Source: Octopus bimaculoides
Lineage: Eukaryota
Direction: 5' to 3'
Length of the DNA: 44,698 nt
Assembly (NCBI RefSeq): GCF_001194135.2
Contig: NC_068998.1
Location: 32,074,625 to 32,119,322 of the forward strand
Positions 34,041-44,698 of the stretch are shown here, piece after piece. The notes under the pieces are model-generated. The model worked only from the letters and a program-made list of their open reading frames with translations, searched no databases and was not told the origin of the DNA. Position 1 is the stretch's first letter; the number at the start of each line of letters is the position of its first letter. Both the position numbers and the translations under genes were made by a program.

Positions 34041-36549
34041 GGTAATAAATAATATAATTTGTGTAATATAGGTATATAATAGTGTACATCATATGAAAAT
34101 CTTTTCTTCATGAAATTTAAAAACAAAAATCAGTTTCCTGTATTTCTCTGAAAAATACTTTGGTGATATCTGCTCTTTGTTCTCACTTTCTCTGTCACTC
34201 ACTTGCTTTTTCTCTCTCTCTTTGTATATATATGTGTGTGTGTGTGTGTGTGAAAGAGAAAGAGAGATAACTGTGTGTGTAAGTATGGGTATGGAAAGAG
34301 AGTCAGTAAAGAAGTAATATATTTGATATGCACAACTGACGATGTGTAAACTGTGATACACTACATGACTATGAAACCTTCAATAATTATTTCTTTCAAC
34401 AAATTCTTTAATGGACAGTGCTACCATTAAAACCATTTCTATTTACTTTTGTTAAGCATTTATATTGATTTCTTCTCACCATTTTCAATAGGTGGTTGGT
34501 AATATAATTGGTTACTTTGACCTCAGTATATTAATTTGTAATTTTTCACATATATCTCAGGGGTTAAATGGGCCAGATTTTACTCTGCAATGTTTAAAGG
34601 TGGTAACTTTTCTCCCAGATAAAATTCCAGTTTCTTACATTTAACTTTCTCATATGGGAAGTTGTAATCAAATCTATCCACAAACAAATCACTCATCAGT
34701 TTTACTCTGCTGTTGTTGCTACTACATATAGTGGTGAACTACTCCACACTGAGCAACCTACTTTTATATAAGTAGACTAAGTCAGTGGGAGCTATGTGTC
34801 TTGCCCATAGGTGCACTCCAGTTCAGGCTATTTGCAACTAATTTCTAGCAATTATTTTCTTAGCCTTAGAAAAAAGCCAAATCAACTCCAGGAAAATTCT
34901 ATTTCAGGATATGAAAATGCTAGATTAAATACTGATCCTCAATGAAACAATACAATACTGAAATGGAAACGATTGATTGTATTTACTTCAGTATCTGACT
35001 AGTACTTATCTTATGCAACCTGGAAGAATGAAAACCTAAAGTTGACTTTGTTGAAACTCAAACACAGAATATAAAGGAATGCAACTAAATACTACAAAAA
35101 ATTTGTTTGGCACTTTACCAATTCTTCCGATCCATTCTTTTGTTTTTAATGTTACAAAAGTCTTTCATAAAATATTGCTTCTTGTAGATCAGTCACTTTC
35201 AAGAATTTCTATGATTTATTACTATATGATAATATTGAATGATTTAAGCCAACCATTTTTAATATCATTTTCACACCCATGTCTATTACTGTTGGTACAT
35301 TTTGTTCAATTCCCAGATATTACATTTATATTCAAAATGTTTTCTCATTTCTTTGCACTCCACTTCTAATTTATCACATATTTTATTACCATATTTTCTT
35401 TTCTGCTATCAATCTTTATAATTTGAAAGAGTTTGTATAATATTTCGTTACTTTTATTTTTGTTCGTATGAATATTTCATATATATATCAGCACCAATCT
35501 CTGGACTGATTTTCAGTCTGTTATTACTTTGTATTTTTATTGCTAAGATTCATTTAAGTTGCTGCTATTATCAAGACACTTTTGCTGTCATTGTGCTGTC
35601 AGTTGCAAAATACACTTACAAAACAAACAATTGAAACCAAGATATTTGTAATTTTGTGACAATTTTTAACACTCTTATATTTTAGGAGAAGAGTGAAGAA
35701 GATATTGACATCATAAAGCTAAATATGTTTACTTTAATCAGGAATCAAAACAAGACTATTATCTTACTTCGTAGGTAATATGCCTCATACCATAGTGCAA
35801 TTTCTGTAAACTATACATGTGACATTCAAAATGCAGTATAGCCATATCAAATGAACAGGAAATGAATTGCATAACATGCTATGATAAAATTTCAGTCAAG
35901 TATAAAATATTGCATGTTATATCTTATATGATGAAGGCATTATGGTATGTGAGTATGTAAGGCCACAAAGTGTTAAATGTCAAACCCCTGTCCTGAGATA
36001 TATGCCCAAAAGAAAATCTCCAAAAGAAACCATGCAAGTATCAGCATCAAAGGAGAATTCTTGCTTATAACCCCCAATATCTTTTGCTCAGTTACTAGAG
36101 GAAACCTACAGCATTGTTTTTGCCATTGAAAAATAATTGCAATTTTCCAAGAGTGTGTTACTAGTAACTTGCAAAAGCTAGGCATGCTTAAAACATTTGC
36201 AAGCAACCTTTGTGATTATGTACATCCACCCTCTAAAAGAGATTCATAGAAGTTCGTGTTTGAACAACTACTCATTCATACTCACAATTGTTAGAAGCCG
36301 AGAAAACTGACATTGTACATTCTTGGTTCTGAGTTCAAATACCTTCAGAATAGATTCTCAAATTTCCAAGTCTATAGTTAAATCCCAAGAATTTATGTCC
36401 CAAGCATGTGTATTATTGAATACTTAGAATTAGTCCCAAAGTGTTTAGCTATTTTCCCAGAAAATGTCACAGTTATCTGATTTGATCAACCAGCTGTTAT
36501 ATTGTTAGTAGTTTGTTCCTTGTAGCTACCATTATTTTTTGTCCTTTAG

Positions 36550-36618
36550 TCAAGAAGGAAGTCTTTGCTCATGACCTATTTACAGAGCCCCTAAAATTAG
36601 TGAAAAGGAAGGAGAAAG
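36550..36618 (+). CDS. Candidate internal coding exon A (unverified)
   Basis: Acceptor TTTTTTGTCCTTTAG and donor AAG|GTATCT; 69 nt, phase 1-1, one open frame: KKEVFAHDLFTEPLKLVKRKEK. No homologue recognised. Confidence 0.25.
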
Positions 36619-36664
36619 GTATCTTTACATTACAATGGAGATCTATTTACTTTGCATTTACCAG

Positions 36665-36718
36665 ATACACAGCAATTCATTAAATTCTTGTGGGAGTTTT
36701 GTTTAAATAATTATAGAA
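36665..36718 (+). CDS. Candidate internal coding exon B (unverified)
   Basis: Acceptor TTTACTTTGCATTTACCAG and donor GAA|GTAAGT; 54 nt, phase 1-1: (D)TQQFIKFLWEFCLNNYR. In frame with exon A, but the intron would be only 46 nt. Confidence 0.25.
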
Positions 36719-39126
36719 GTAAGTCAGCACCAATCTTAATGTCTATATCTTGCTTGTTATAAAAAAGAAGCTTATGCTTAGCATGAAACATTAAAGGCAA
36801 CCAAGGTGCCAGGTGGGAGTTAGCATTATCACTTTAGCCTTTGGATACCTTCAGAAAAAGTGGTAACAAATTAAGTCTACCACTCAAGAACTAGATAAAA
36901 ATTCATAGCTATCACCATAAATTTAAAGAAGATTAATTTGTAGCTTTTTTAACTGAAAATTTGAAATTATAAAGAAAAATATTGAAGATGATACTTCAAA
37001 ATGAAATGTTTTATTTGATAATATTTGCATTTTGAGAAATTATAAAGAATTTTATAAATGAACTCAACTGAGTATGAGGGCTGGGGTCTGTTTTACATTT
37101 TCCATGACTGCATGAATAAGATGAATTTTATTTAGACAGTTGTCTTTTTTTTTACAAACTGATGAATTTCCTAACACTAACAACTTGACAGAAATATATC
37201 AGAAAAATATTTGTCTTCATAATTAAAATTATTCTTTAACATAAGTTCCTTTTTAATAACAGTCAGGATATAGTCAATAAAATTAGTGCTCACTTATTAC
37301 TTGTAATTATTTTATAAAGCCCCACCCTAATTAAATGTATTGCTGTGTATTTGGCAAATATAAAATAAACAGGATTCTGTTGGCTTTGATTATAAATAGT
37401 AAGTTGTTTGATCAACTGAATTACTTGCTCATTGAATGTATAGGATACCTGTATCCTTAACTTAATTCTTAAGTAATACCAGCATGATAAAGTGTGTCAA
37501 GGGTGGGCCTTTAAATTATAGACATGATCTATCTCTCAGGCTTCCACATATTTCATCTTCACAATTTCATATACAAAACTTAAGACAAATACACTTGTTA
37601 AATACACTTGCTTAAATTCATACACTAAGATTGAACAAAGGACCTCATGAATGTGAAGTGAACCTTTAAAATCAATTGCCCATGCTGCATTCGACTAGGA
37701 AAATATCAGCAGCTGTTTGCTGTAAACAGATTAGCTTAAGAATCTGCAGTTCACTTATAAAAGCAGCCGGGTTCTTAATGATTTCCTTTTAGCTACAGTT
37801 TTCATTGATGGTCTCCTTAAAGTCTTTTGTTACTCAGGGTCACACGATCTCTGAGCCAGAGGTTGTTGATCTCCTGGTTTTAAGCTGATAAAATATGAAT
37901 TTCATCAATGCAAGTTTGTTAATATTGTAGTTGGTAGACTGAACCATTGAGAGTTAAGTTTTTTGATCCTTGACTCATTGCAGCACTGGTAATAGAAACT
38001 GATATTTCAACTGGTTGTACAGGGTCTTAGTATCTCACCCATTCACATTCTACAACTTGTAATACGAATCTTAAAATGTAGAAAAGATAGGAGAAACTTA
38101 AGCATCTCGAATTTATTATACCTCACTTTGGAGGACCAGCAAACACTTTCACTGCAGTAATGTGGTGCAAAAGTTCCAATTGGTACAAACTATTATTTTC
38201 ATGTTTCATTGACAGCAAATAGAAATCAATTAATTAGTTTTAAATTGATCTCTTTACTTTATTGCCATTTAAATTTCTCAAACCAAAGTTGTATTTAATA
38301 AGAATAAAATTGTATTTTCAACAGTATGTTGAATTCAAATTTTGATTTTAGTCTCCTAATTTGACTTGTTATAATTGGTTATTTCTGTCTGAAAATATAC
38401 ATATAAATGCATTGGCATTCTAATTTGTACATGAGGCATTTTTAATAGCATCAACCGTCAAAAGTAATCTGCAAGTAATGTAATCTTTTGAAAAGAGACC
38501 CAAGTATTATCAGCAGTTGTAAGACATGATATTTTGAATTATGAAATAGGATTATAAGATGGCAGAAATGGAGCCGTGTATGACTAAATATCTTACAACA
38601 CTTAAAATCAGAGTTCAAATGTTTCCAAGATTGACTTAGATTTACATTTCTTCTGAGTCAATAGAAACCTATAATATACTATGTTTATTTAAGTGTCTAT
38701 ATCAATTCAACATCAATAAACTCGAAGTGATGCTTTGTGCCAGTTTTTGAAGAGAGTGTGTTAAAAGAAACCAGTATTAGTATAGTCTAAAGGAATTATA
38801 AGATGCTTTTGAATATGTATTCCTTGTCACAGGAGAATTTTAGAATATAACATGCTATGTCTATATACAACTTCAACAGAACTGGATAAATGAGGTTCAT
38901 GAAATTGCCTCCAGTCAAAGATTCTCAAAGAGATGATTTAGTGATATTTGTATATGAACCCATAAATAATTGTGAAGACTTTAGACTGCAGTGCTGTGAA
39001 ATCTGCAACAAATCTGTCAATTTTTAATTTCAATCTATCGATTCACAGATATCAGTAAGTGGATATTATATTGAATGAATAAGCTGATACTCTTCTCAAA
39101 GAGTTTGTGGAATGCATGTAATGTAA

Positions 39127-39128
<2 letters not shown>

Positions 39129-39212
<84 letters not shown>
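39129..39212. repeat. (TATC)21 microsatellite followed by (CT)/(CA)
   Basis: Directly visible. Confidence 0.98.
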
Positions 39213-39829
39213 CCTCTCTCTCCATACACACACACACACACATTAAATAGCTAAGTAGTGGCAGCTAAAGCCAACAATATATTCCCATTCTCAAATCAAA
39301 GAACAGTAAGAATGGACACATGGTTGAATAGCCAACACTAATGTCAAGTAGTGTTTATTTTATATGGACTACGTAATTTGATATTACAGCATTATCAACA
39401 CATATATATTATTCAGTTAGGTAATCATTTATTTCCTCGTTACCAGTATGAACGACTCCACAGCAACATAATCCCTGTAGATAATGTCTGACTTAATGGA
39501 ATGACCCTTTATAGCAGTTAATATTGTTATGTATAAATGATGCGTATTTTCAACATGTAACAAAATGTCAGTGCCCTCTGACATTTATATCTTCCAAATT
39601 CTTGAATTAACAGTTATTTCATCTTGATTACAATTTTTTCTTTAACATATTTATCTGCATTAAGTACTTGTATGGAATACATAAACTAAACAAGTAAAAA
39701 ATCCCTAAGGGATTTTCTCTATTTTTTTCTTGTTCCTGTCATCTTTTTAAAACTGAATTTATATTTGCATTTTAAAAATGATAACCATTGCAAAAAATGA
39801 AATATTTTCAACATAGCTACCAATATTTT

Positions 39830-40022
39830 AATATTGGTTTCAAATTTTGGTACAAGGCCAGCAATTTCAGGGGTTGGGGTAAGTCAGTTTCATCAATCCC
39901 CAGGAAGTATGAAAGGCAAAGTCAACCACAGTAGAATTTGAACTCAGAATGTAAAGTTGGATGAAATGTCACTAAGCAGTTTACCCAGTGTGCTAACTTT
40001 GCTGCCAGATTGTTGCCTTATC
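39830..40022 (-). mobile_element. SINE with internal deletion
   Basis: ATTGGTTTCAAATTTTGGTACAAGGCCAGCAATTTC..GAAAGGCAAAGTCAACC..GAATTTGAACTCAGAA..CTAAGCA. Confidence 0.85.
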
Positions 40023-41237
40023 AATATTTTAATATTGAACATAAATTGAATATGCAAATAAAAATTGTGTTTGTATTTTTAAAGTAAAAACAGAAACCAA
40101 AAACAGGCTTCATTTAATTTTGAGTTATAAATATCTCATTTTGGAAAGATAGAAGTTTATTTACATATCTACATAAATATTTCTTGTTATAATTTAGTAA
40201 ATTTATAAGCTACAGTAAAGTTTTAATTTTTGTAAAAATGTTTGATTGTTAGGTAAGCTTTGGAAAGAACAAATTAAGATATTAGGTGGTTGTCACCTAT
40301 AATTAGGTATAACTGTATTTTGTGCTTTCAGTTTTTAACCTCACCTACATGTACTGAAGTATTGAAATAAATTATTTGAACATAAAATAAAATAAAAGTT
40401 AGTCATATATGACTGACAGAAAATAAGATGAAATTGCAACTTTATCACCTAATCAGAATTTATTGTATATATTTGAATGCCTATATAATGATTGTATATG
40501 ACTGAATATAATGCAAGTCCTACAATGGAACTTGAAAATGTATAAAACAAATCCAGTAATTCATTACTGTCCTACTCTATGTAGTTTATATCAGCTCATG
40601 ACATTTCTGTTGTTGTGAATGTAGTACTATACAGAAGAGTCCACCATGCATATACAGAATATAGCTTTTTAGAAGTGCTCATTAAAATTTTCCTAGAGAA
40701 ATTTACAAATCCTCCTTGTGATATATAATTGGGGCAGAGAGGTTGTTTGTATTGTGTACTTTTCTTAGAGAACATGACAAGCATGTAACTCATCATAATT
40801 TACTATCATTGTAAATTCTCAAATGGAATGATTGCCTATGAATAAAATAGTTTTATTCTATAAATAATCTGCTATTATTAATATATAAATAAAAAAAAAA
40901 GATTTAAAACAAAATATAACAGAATATTAGATTTGAACAGATTAACATTAGGGTTAGATTAATGCTAAATGATGTCCTATGCATAGCCCAGCTATGGTTC
41001 CTCCCAATCCTTCCATTCTCTAACTGAACTGACCACTCATTGAAACATAATAAATACAGAAGAAATGAAAGAGTCTGTTTTTTTTATTTTTTCAGGTCAG
41101 AACCTACAATTATATTAAATCTAAACTGCTTTCTAATTAAATGTTTAACACTAAATATAAGCAATATATGCAAATTGTTTATTTATAACAAGGGCAATGA
41201 GAAAATTGCTAACTTGTAACACATTATTTTAGTGATT

Positions 41238-42385
41238 CATTCATCTGTCCATCTTCTCCACCCTCTATTCTAAAGAGGGTCATGGGGGTAGTGTCCTCAG
41301 GATACTTCTCCATAAGGTCCTATTAAAATCAACTGTCATTAAACTTTTGGCAGTTTTGCCAAGCATGACTGAGAGTATGGATATTATTCAACCATGTCAT
41401 TCTTGACCTACCCTGTAGATCTCCTGCTGGCTGGCTTGGCTTGAAGAATCTGTTTTTCAATTCCTTCCTGTGACATTCTAATCACATGTCCATAGGCCTT
41501 TAATGCGAAGAAGTAATGGCTTGACTTGGAGAGACTCCTTGATCTCTAAGCGATGCACCCTATCAGGTAACATTACTCTAATCCTTTGGAGGAACCCCAT
41601 TTTGGCCACTTGTATTTGTAGTTGTACTCTTTTGGTGATTACCCAACTTCTATGGCTGAGGATAGGCATGAAAACCAAGTTGAAGACAGCACGTTTGGCT
41701 TTTCTCTCAGCCTCTCCTCTTCTGAGGAACGAATGCTGGAGCTGGTGCATTACTGTACAAGCAACTGCAGTTCTAGAATCCAGTTCAGTCTCCTGCCTTT
41801 CATCATATGTGAATATAACCTCAAGGTACTTTAACTTCTCAGTGATGTTCCTCTGAAATGCAGAGTGCACTGGGAAGACTTTCTTCAGTGGGCTTGTGTC
41901 TGTTTTGGCAACACTGATTCTTGTCCCTGCCTTTTAGCACTCAGCAACAAATCCATTCAATGCATGCTGGAGATCACCTCTTCATGAGCTAAGTAGCACC
42001 ATGTTGTCTGCAAATGTTAGCCAACTTATCTTACACCCACTAGTTGTGATACCACTTCCACAACTGTTGTGTATGTCAATCCAGTTCATAAAAATTATGA
42101 AAAGGTGAGGTGACATTACACACACCTGCCCATCTACCTGGATGTAAATATCTGGACATTTATATAGGGACTTCACAGCAAGCAGAAGTTGCCCATTAAT
42201 CCTAAACTAATGTATAACCCTCCACAGCATGTCCTGCACTACACAATCATATGCCTTTCCGAGGTCTATAAAGCAAGCATACAAATCTTAGCAATATTCC
42301 ACAATTTCTTCAAGACCTTCTGTAGTGTGAATATCTTGTTGGTTGTACAGCATTCATGATGGAAACAATATCATTTTTCTGCAAG
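41238..42385 (-). mobile_element. RTE-clade LINE (Expander/Rex3-like), 5'-truncated, decayed
   Basis: TTNKIFTLQKVLKK; MSPHLFIIFMNWID..ISWLTFADNMVLLS (FADD-equivalent); EKLKYLEVIFTYDERQETELDSR..VFMPIL..SWVITKRVQLQIQVAKMGFLQRI..LQVKPLLLRI. Confidence 0.9.
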
Positions 42386-42504
42386 CTTAATTAAAAACTG
42401 ATATAACCATTGATGATACTTCATAGGACAGTTAGCAGATACCAATTTTTGTTGTAAAAAGTTTTAAATGTCATTAACCCCTTCAGTACCATAATAACTG
42501 TAAA

Positions 42505-42539
<35 letters not shown>

Positions 42540-42543
42540 CATT

Positions 42544-42553
42544 NNNNNNNNNN
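42544..42553. other. 10-N gap inside (ATT)n (about 42506-42566)
   Basis: Directly visible. Confidence 1.
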
Positions 42554-42566
42554 TTATTATTATCAT

Positions 42567-42786
42567 TAAGGTATTGAGCTGGCAGAATTGTTAACATACT
42601 GGGCGAAATGCTTAGCGGTATTTTGTCTCACTACTTTCTGAGTTCAAATTCTGCCAAGGTTCACTTTGCCTGTCATCCTTTCTGGGTCTATAAACTAAGT
42701 ACCAGTGAAACACTGGAATGAATGTAATTGACTAGTCCCCTCCCGTCAAATTTCTGACCTTGTGCCTTTAGTAGAAAGGATTATTA
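42567..42786 (+). mobile_element. Near full-length SINE
   Basis: GAGCTGGCAGAATTGTTAAC..GGGCGAAATGCTTAGCGGTATT..TTCTGAGTTCAAATTCTGCC..AAGTACCAG..TTGTGCCTTTAGTAGAAAGG, flanked by (ATT)n. Confidence 0.9.
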
Positions 42787-42829
42787 ATATTGATATTATT
42801 ATTATCATTATCATTATCATTATTATTAG

Positions 42830-44100
42830 ATAAACAACATGCCATTATCCACCAGGTGGTATTTCTTATTCATGCAGTTCTGTTCACTTTCATTAAGCAT
42901 TGTATCTCTTCTCCTTACTTCTTCAATCTTACTTAAATCCTTCTGGCATATATCAATGCTTTCTTTTATTCTCTTTTCCAGAATGGGTCTTTATTTCTCT
43001 ACTCTTTCTTTTCTCTAAACATTCCCATCTTCTCTGTGATGACATAAGCAGTGGCATACATCAAGGAATCTAACTCAGTGATGTCCTTAATTGGAATTCT
43101 CATGACAACTCCATTTGCTTTCATGAATTTTTAGCTTTGCCTTATCATATACTTCAATGATGGTAACATTTTCCTTTGCTGAAAAAGCATCACTTCCATA
43201 ATTCTTGCAAATACTAGCTAGTCCAGGGCTAATTTCTTCCAGTGACTCTAAGGTCTTCTACAGATGGTACATTTTCTCCTCCATACCCAAGCTCTGTAGA
43301 TTTTATTGTTCAACAGGTATTTCTGCGGGACCAGTAGCCCTGCAGTTCTTTTTATGTTGCCATTTTAATCTCCTCTTGTTCAATCTTTACTTTCCATTTT
43401 TTTATCTTAATTTGTCTAATCTAATCAGCCAATCTTTGTTTGATCACATCCTTCAGCTCATCATGTAGATAATATTTTTCTCCAGAGCTTGAGTAACATT
43501 TTCCCAAAGCCTCATTTTCTGGTTCACTCTAAATATAACATTCAAACAACAATTTGTTCTCTTTTGTTCATATTAATCTTCTTCACTGTTGTTGGTCAGC
43601 AATAGCTTGATTCTGATCAGGCCTACACTGCTGTTCCACAGGGCACTCACTGGACCCAGCACCTTTGCTAAAAGCTCCAGCCTTGTGGACGTTGTTAGGA
43701 TTAATTTCCATTATAGATATTTCTCTCATAACTGAGATGTGTGTGTTAAGGTTACCACAAACCAGTACTTATATCATACCACTGTCACTTGAGAAGTTGT
43801 CAGCCAAGATTTCTGAGAGGCCTGTCTTCCCCCATTAAAGCTGGTTATTCTATGGTGATTTCCACTTCCAGTATATTCCCTCACAGCAAAGAGAGAAAAA
43901 CTCATAGTTGAATGGCCATTGAATGGCCTAGTGAGTTCATTCAACTTTTAAGAGGTTTTATTTTTCATCCTGTAGGGTGTCCAACAAAAGCCACCCACCT
44001 TACCCAGCAAGTGCTTGGTAGATCTGCCTGTTTAGTCACTGACAGCCTGAATTTATAACAGGTTGTACTGGATTACATGTTACCAGTTGCATTAAAAGTG
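42830..44100 (-). mobile_element. 5' portion (5' UTR and ORF N-terminus) of an old R4/Dong-like RLE retrotransposon
   Basis: ATG at 43711: MEINPNN..RRLI*TKENKLFECYI*SEPE..KQRLAD*IRQIKIKKWK..EQEEIK..DITELDSLMYATAYVITEKMG..ILEKRIKESIDICQKDLSKIEE. This is the characteristic N-terminal region (WT.EEN..ECY..S.P / EQRL.DQ.R.I) of this clade. The 5' UTR extent is approximate. Confidence 0.75.
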
Positions 44101-44196
44101 AACTGACATACTTTTGTTATTACAGTTATCACTACCACCAGCATTATTACTACCACTATAACCATTAGTATTATTATTATCACTATAATTACCATC

Positions 44197-44197
<1 letters not shown>

Positions 44198-44247
<50 letters not shown>

Positions 44248-44631
44248 TAGTTTTATTTTTATAGCGTGCTTTCACTTCACTACCGAGCACATCACTGTGT
44301 GCCTTGGGTATGTGCTGTGGTTTGCTGTGATGCTCTTATGGTTACTGTATTGAAAGTGTTTTGCGTAGGATGTGTGCAGTGCCCAGTAGTGCAATTTTCT
44401 GTATGTTATATATATTTGTAAGTCCTGCTGTTTTTGTTATGTATTTGTCTAAATATTTTTTTAACATACCTAAAGTGTCTACTATGATAGGAATTGTTTC
44501 TGTTTTTAGATTCCACATTCGAGTTACCTCTATTTCCAGGTCTTTGTATTTTGAAAGTTTCTCCATTTCTTTTAGGGAAGCGTTGTCATCTGCTGGTATT
44601 GATACATCAATTAGAAAACATTTTTTTCCTT
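44198..44631 (-). mobile_element. 3' end of a younger R4/Dong-like retrotransposon with (TAA)n tail
   Basis: KKCFLIDVSIPADDNASLKEMEKLSKYKDLEIEVTRMWNLKTETIPIIV..QKIALLGTAHILRKTLSIQ* (restriction-like endonuclease C-terminus, open frame), about 95-nt 3' UTR and (TTA)n at 44198-44244. Confidence 0.9.
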
Positions 44632-44698
44632 GTCGATAGCTTCCGCTATCTGGGCGACCAAGTTAGTAGTGGGGGTGGGTGCGCTGAAAGTGTAGCTG
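44632..44698 (+). mobile_element. Start of a young 5'-truncated RTE LINE (runs off the window)
   Basis: GTC GAT AGC TTC CGC TAT CTG GGC GAC CAA GTT AGT AGT GGG GGT GGG TGC GCT GAA AGT GTA GCT = VDSFRYLGDQVSSGGGCAESVA, same family as HYLGDQISCGGGCSESVA at about 12000-12060; CpGs intact. Confidence 0.85.

Noticed and set aside
38995-39025. CEICNKS resembling the start of a C2H2 zinc finger
   Set aside because: A stop follows within four codons, and there is no His pair or TGEKP linker.

Overview
AT-rich (about one-third GC by eye), CpG-depleted animal genomic DNA from a draft assembly with four N gaps. It is not prokaryotic: there are no operons, rRNA, tRNA genes or CRISPR arrays. I recognise the SINE and LINE families as those abundant in octopus genomes, so the source is probably a coleoid cephalopod (inference). 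No host protein-coding gene can be named. Almost all ORFs in the track are TE debris, microsatellite translations, N-gap artefacts or chance ORFs. The window is a nested transposon graveyard. It holds two Penelope-like (PLE) fragments, two maT/DD37D elements, one DD34D mariner, a hAT deletion derivative with a perfect 8-bp TSD, a probable solo LTR splitting a SINE, many RTE LINE pieces, R4/Dong-like RLE retrotransposon pieces beside (TAA)n, and SINE copies. The most notable unannotated signals are: a minimal hammerhead-ribozyme motif just downstream of the PLE endonuclease remnant; a 466-bp inverted repeat whose arms each carry a degenerate hammerhead core; a perfect 42-bp-arm palindrome; a fold-back element with reciprocal CpG decay; and indirect hints (antisense LINE bias, CpG decay, weak exon candidates) that the window lies in the introns of a + strand gene.
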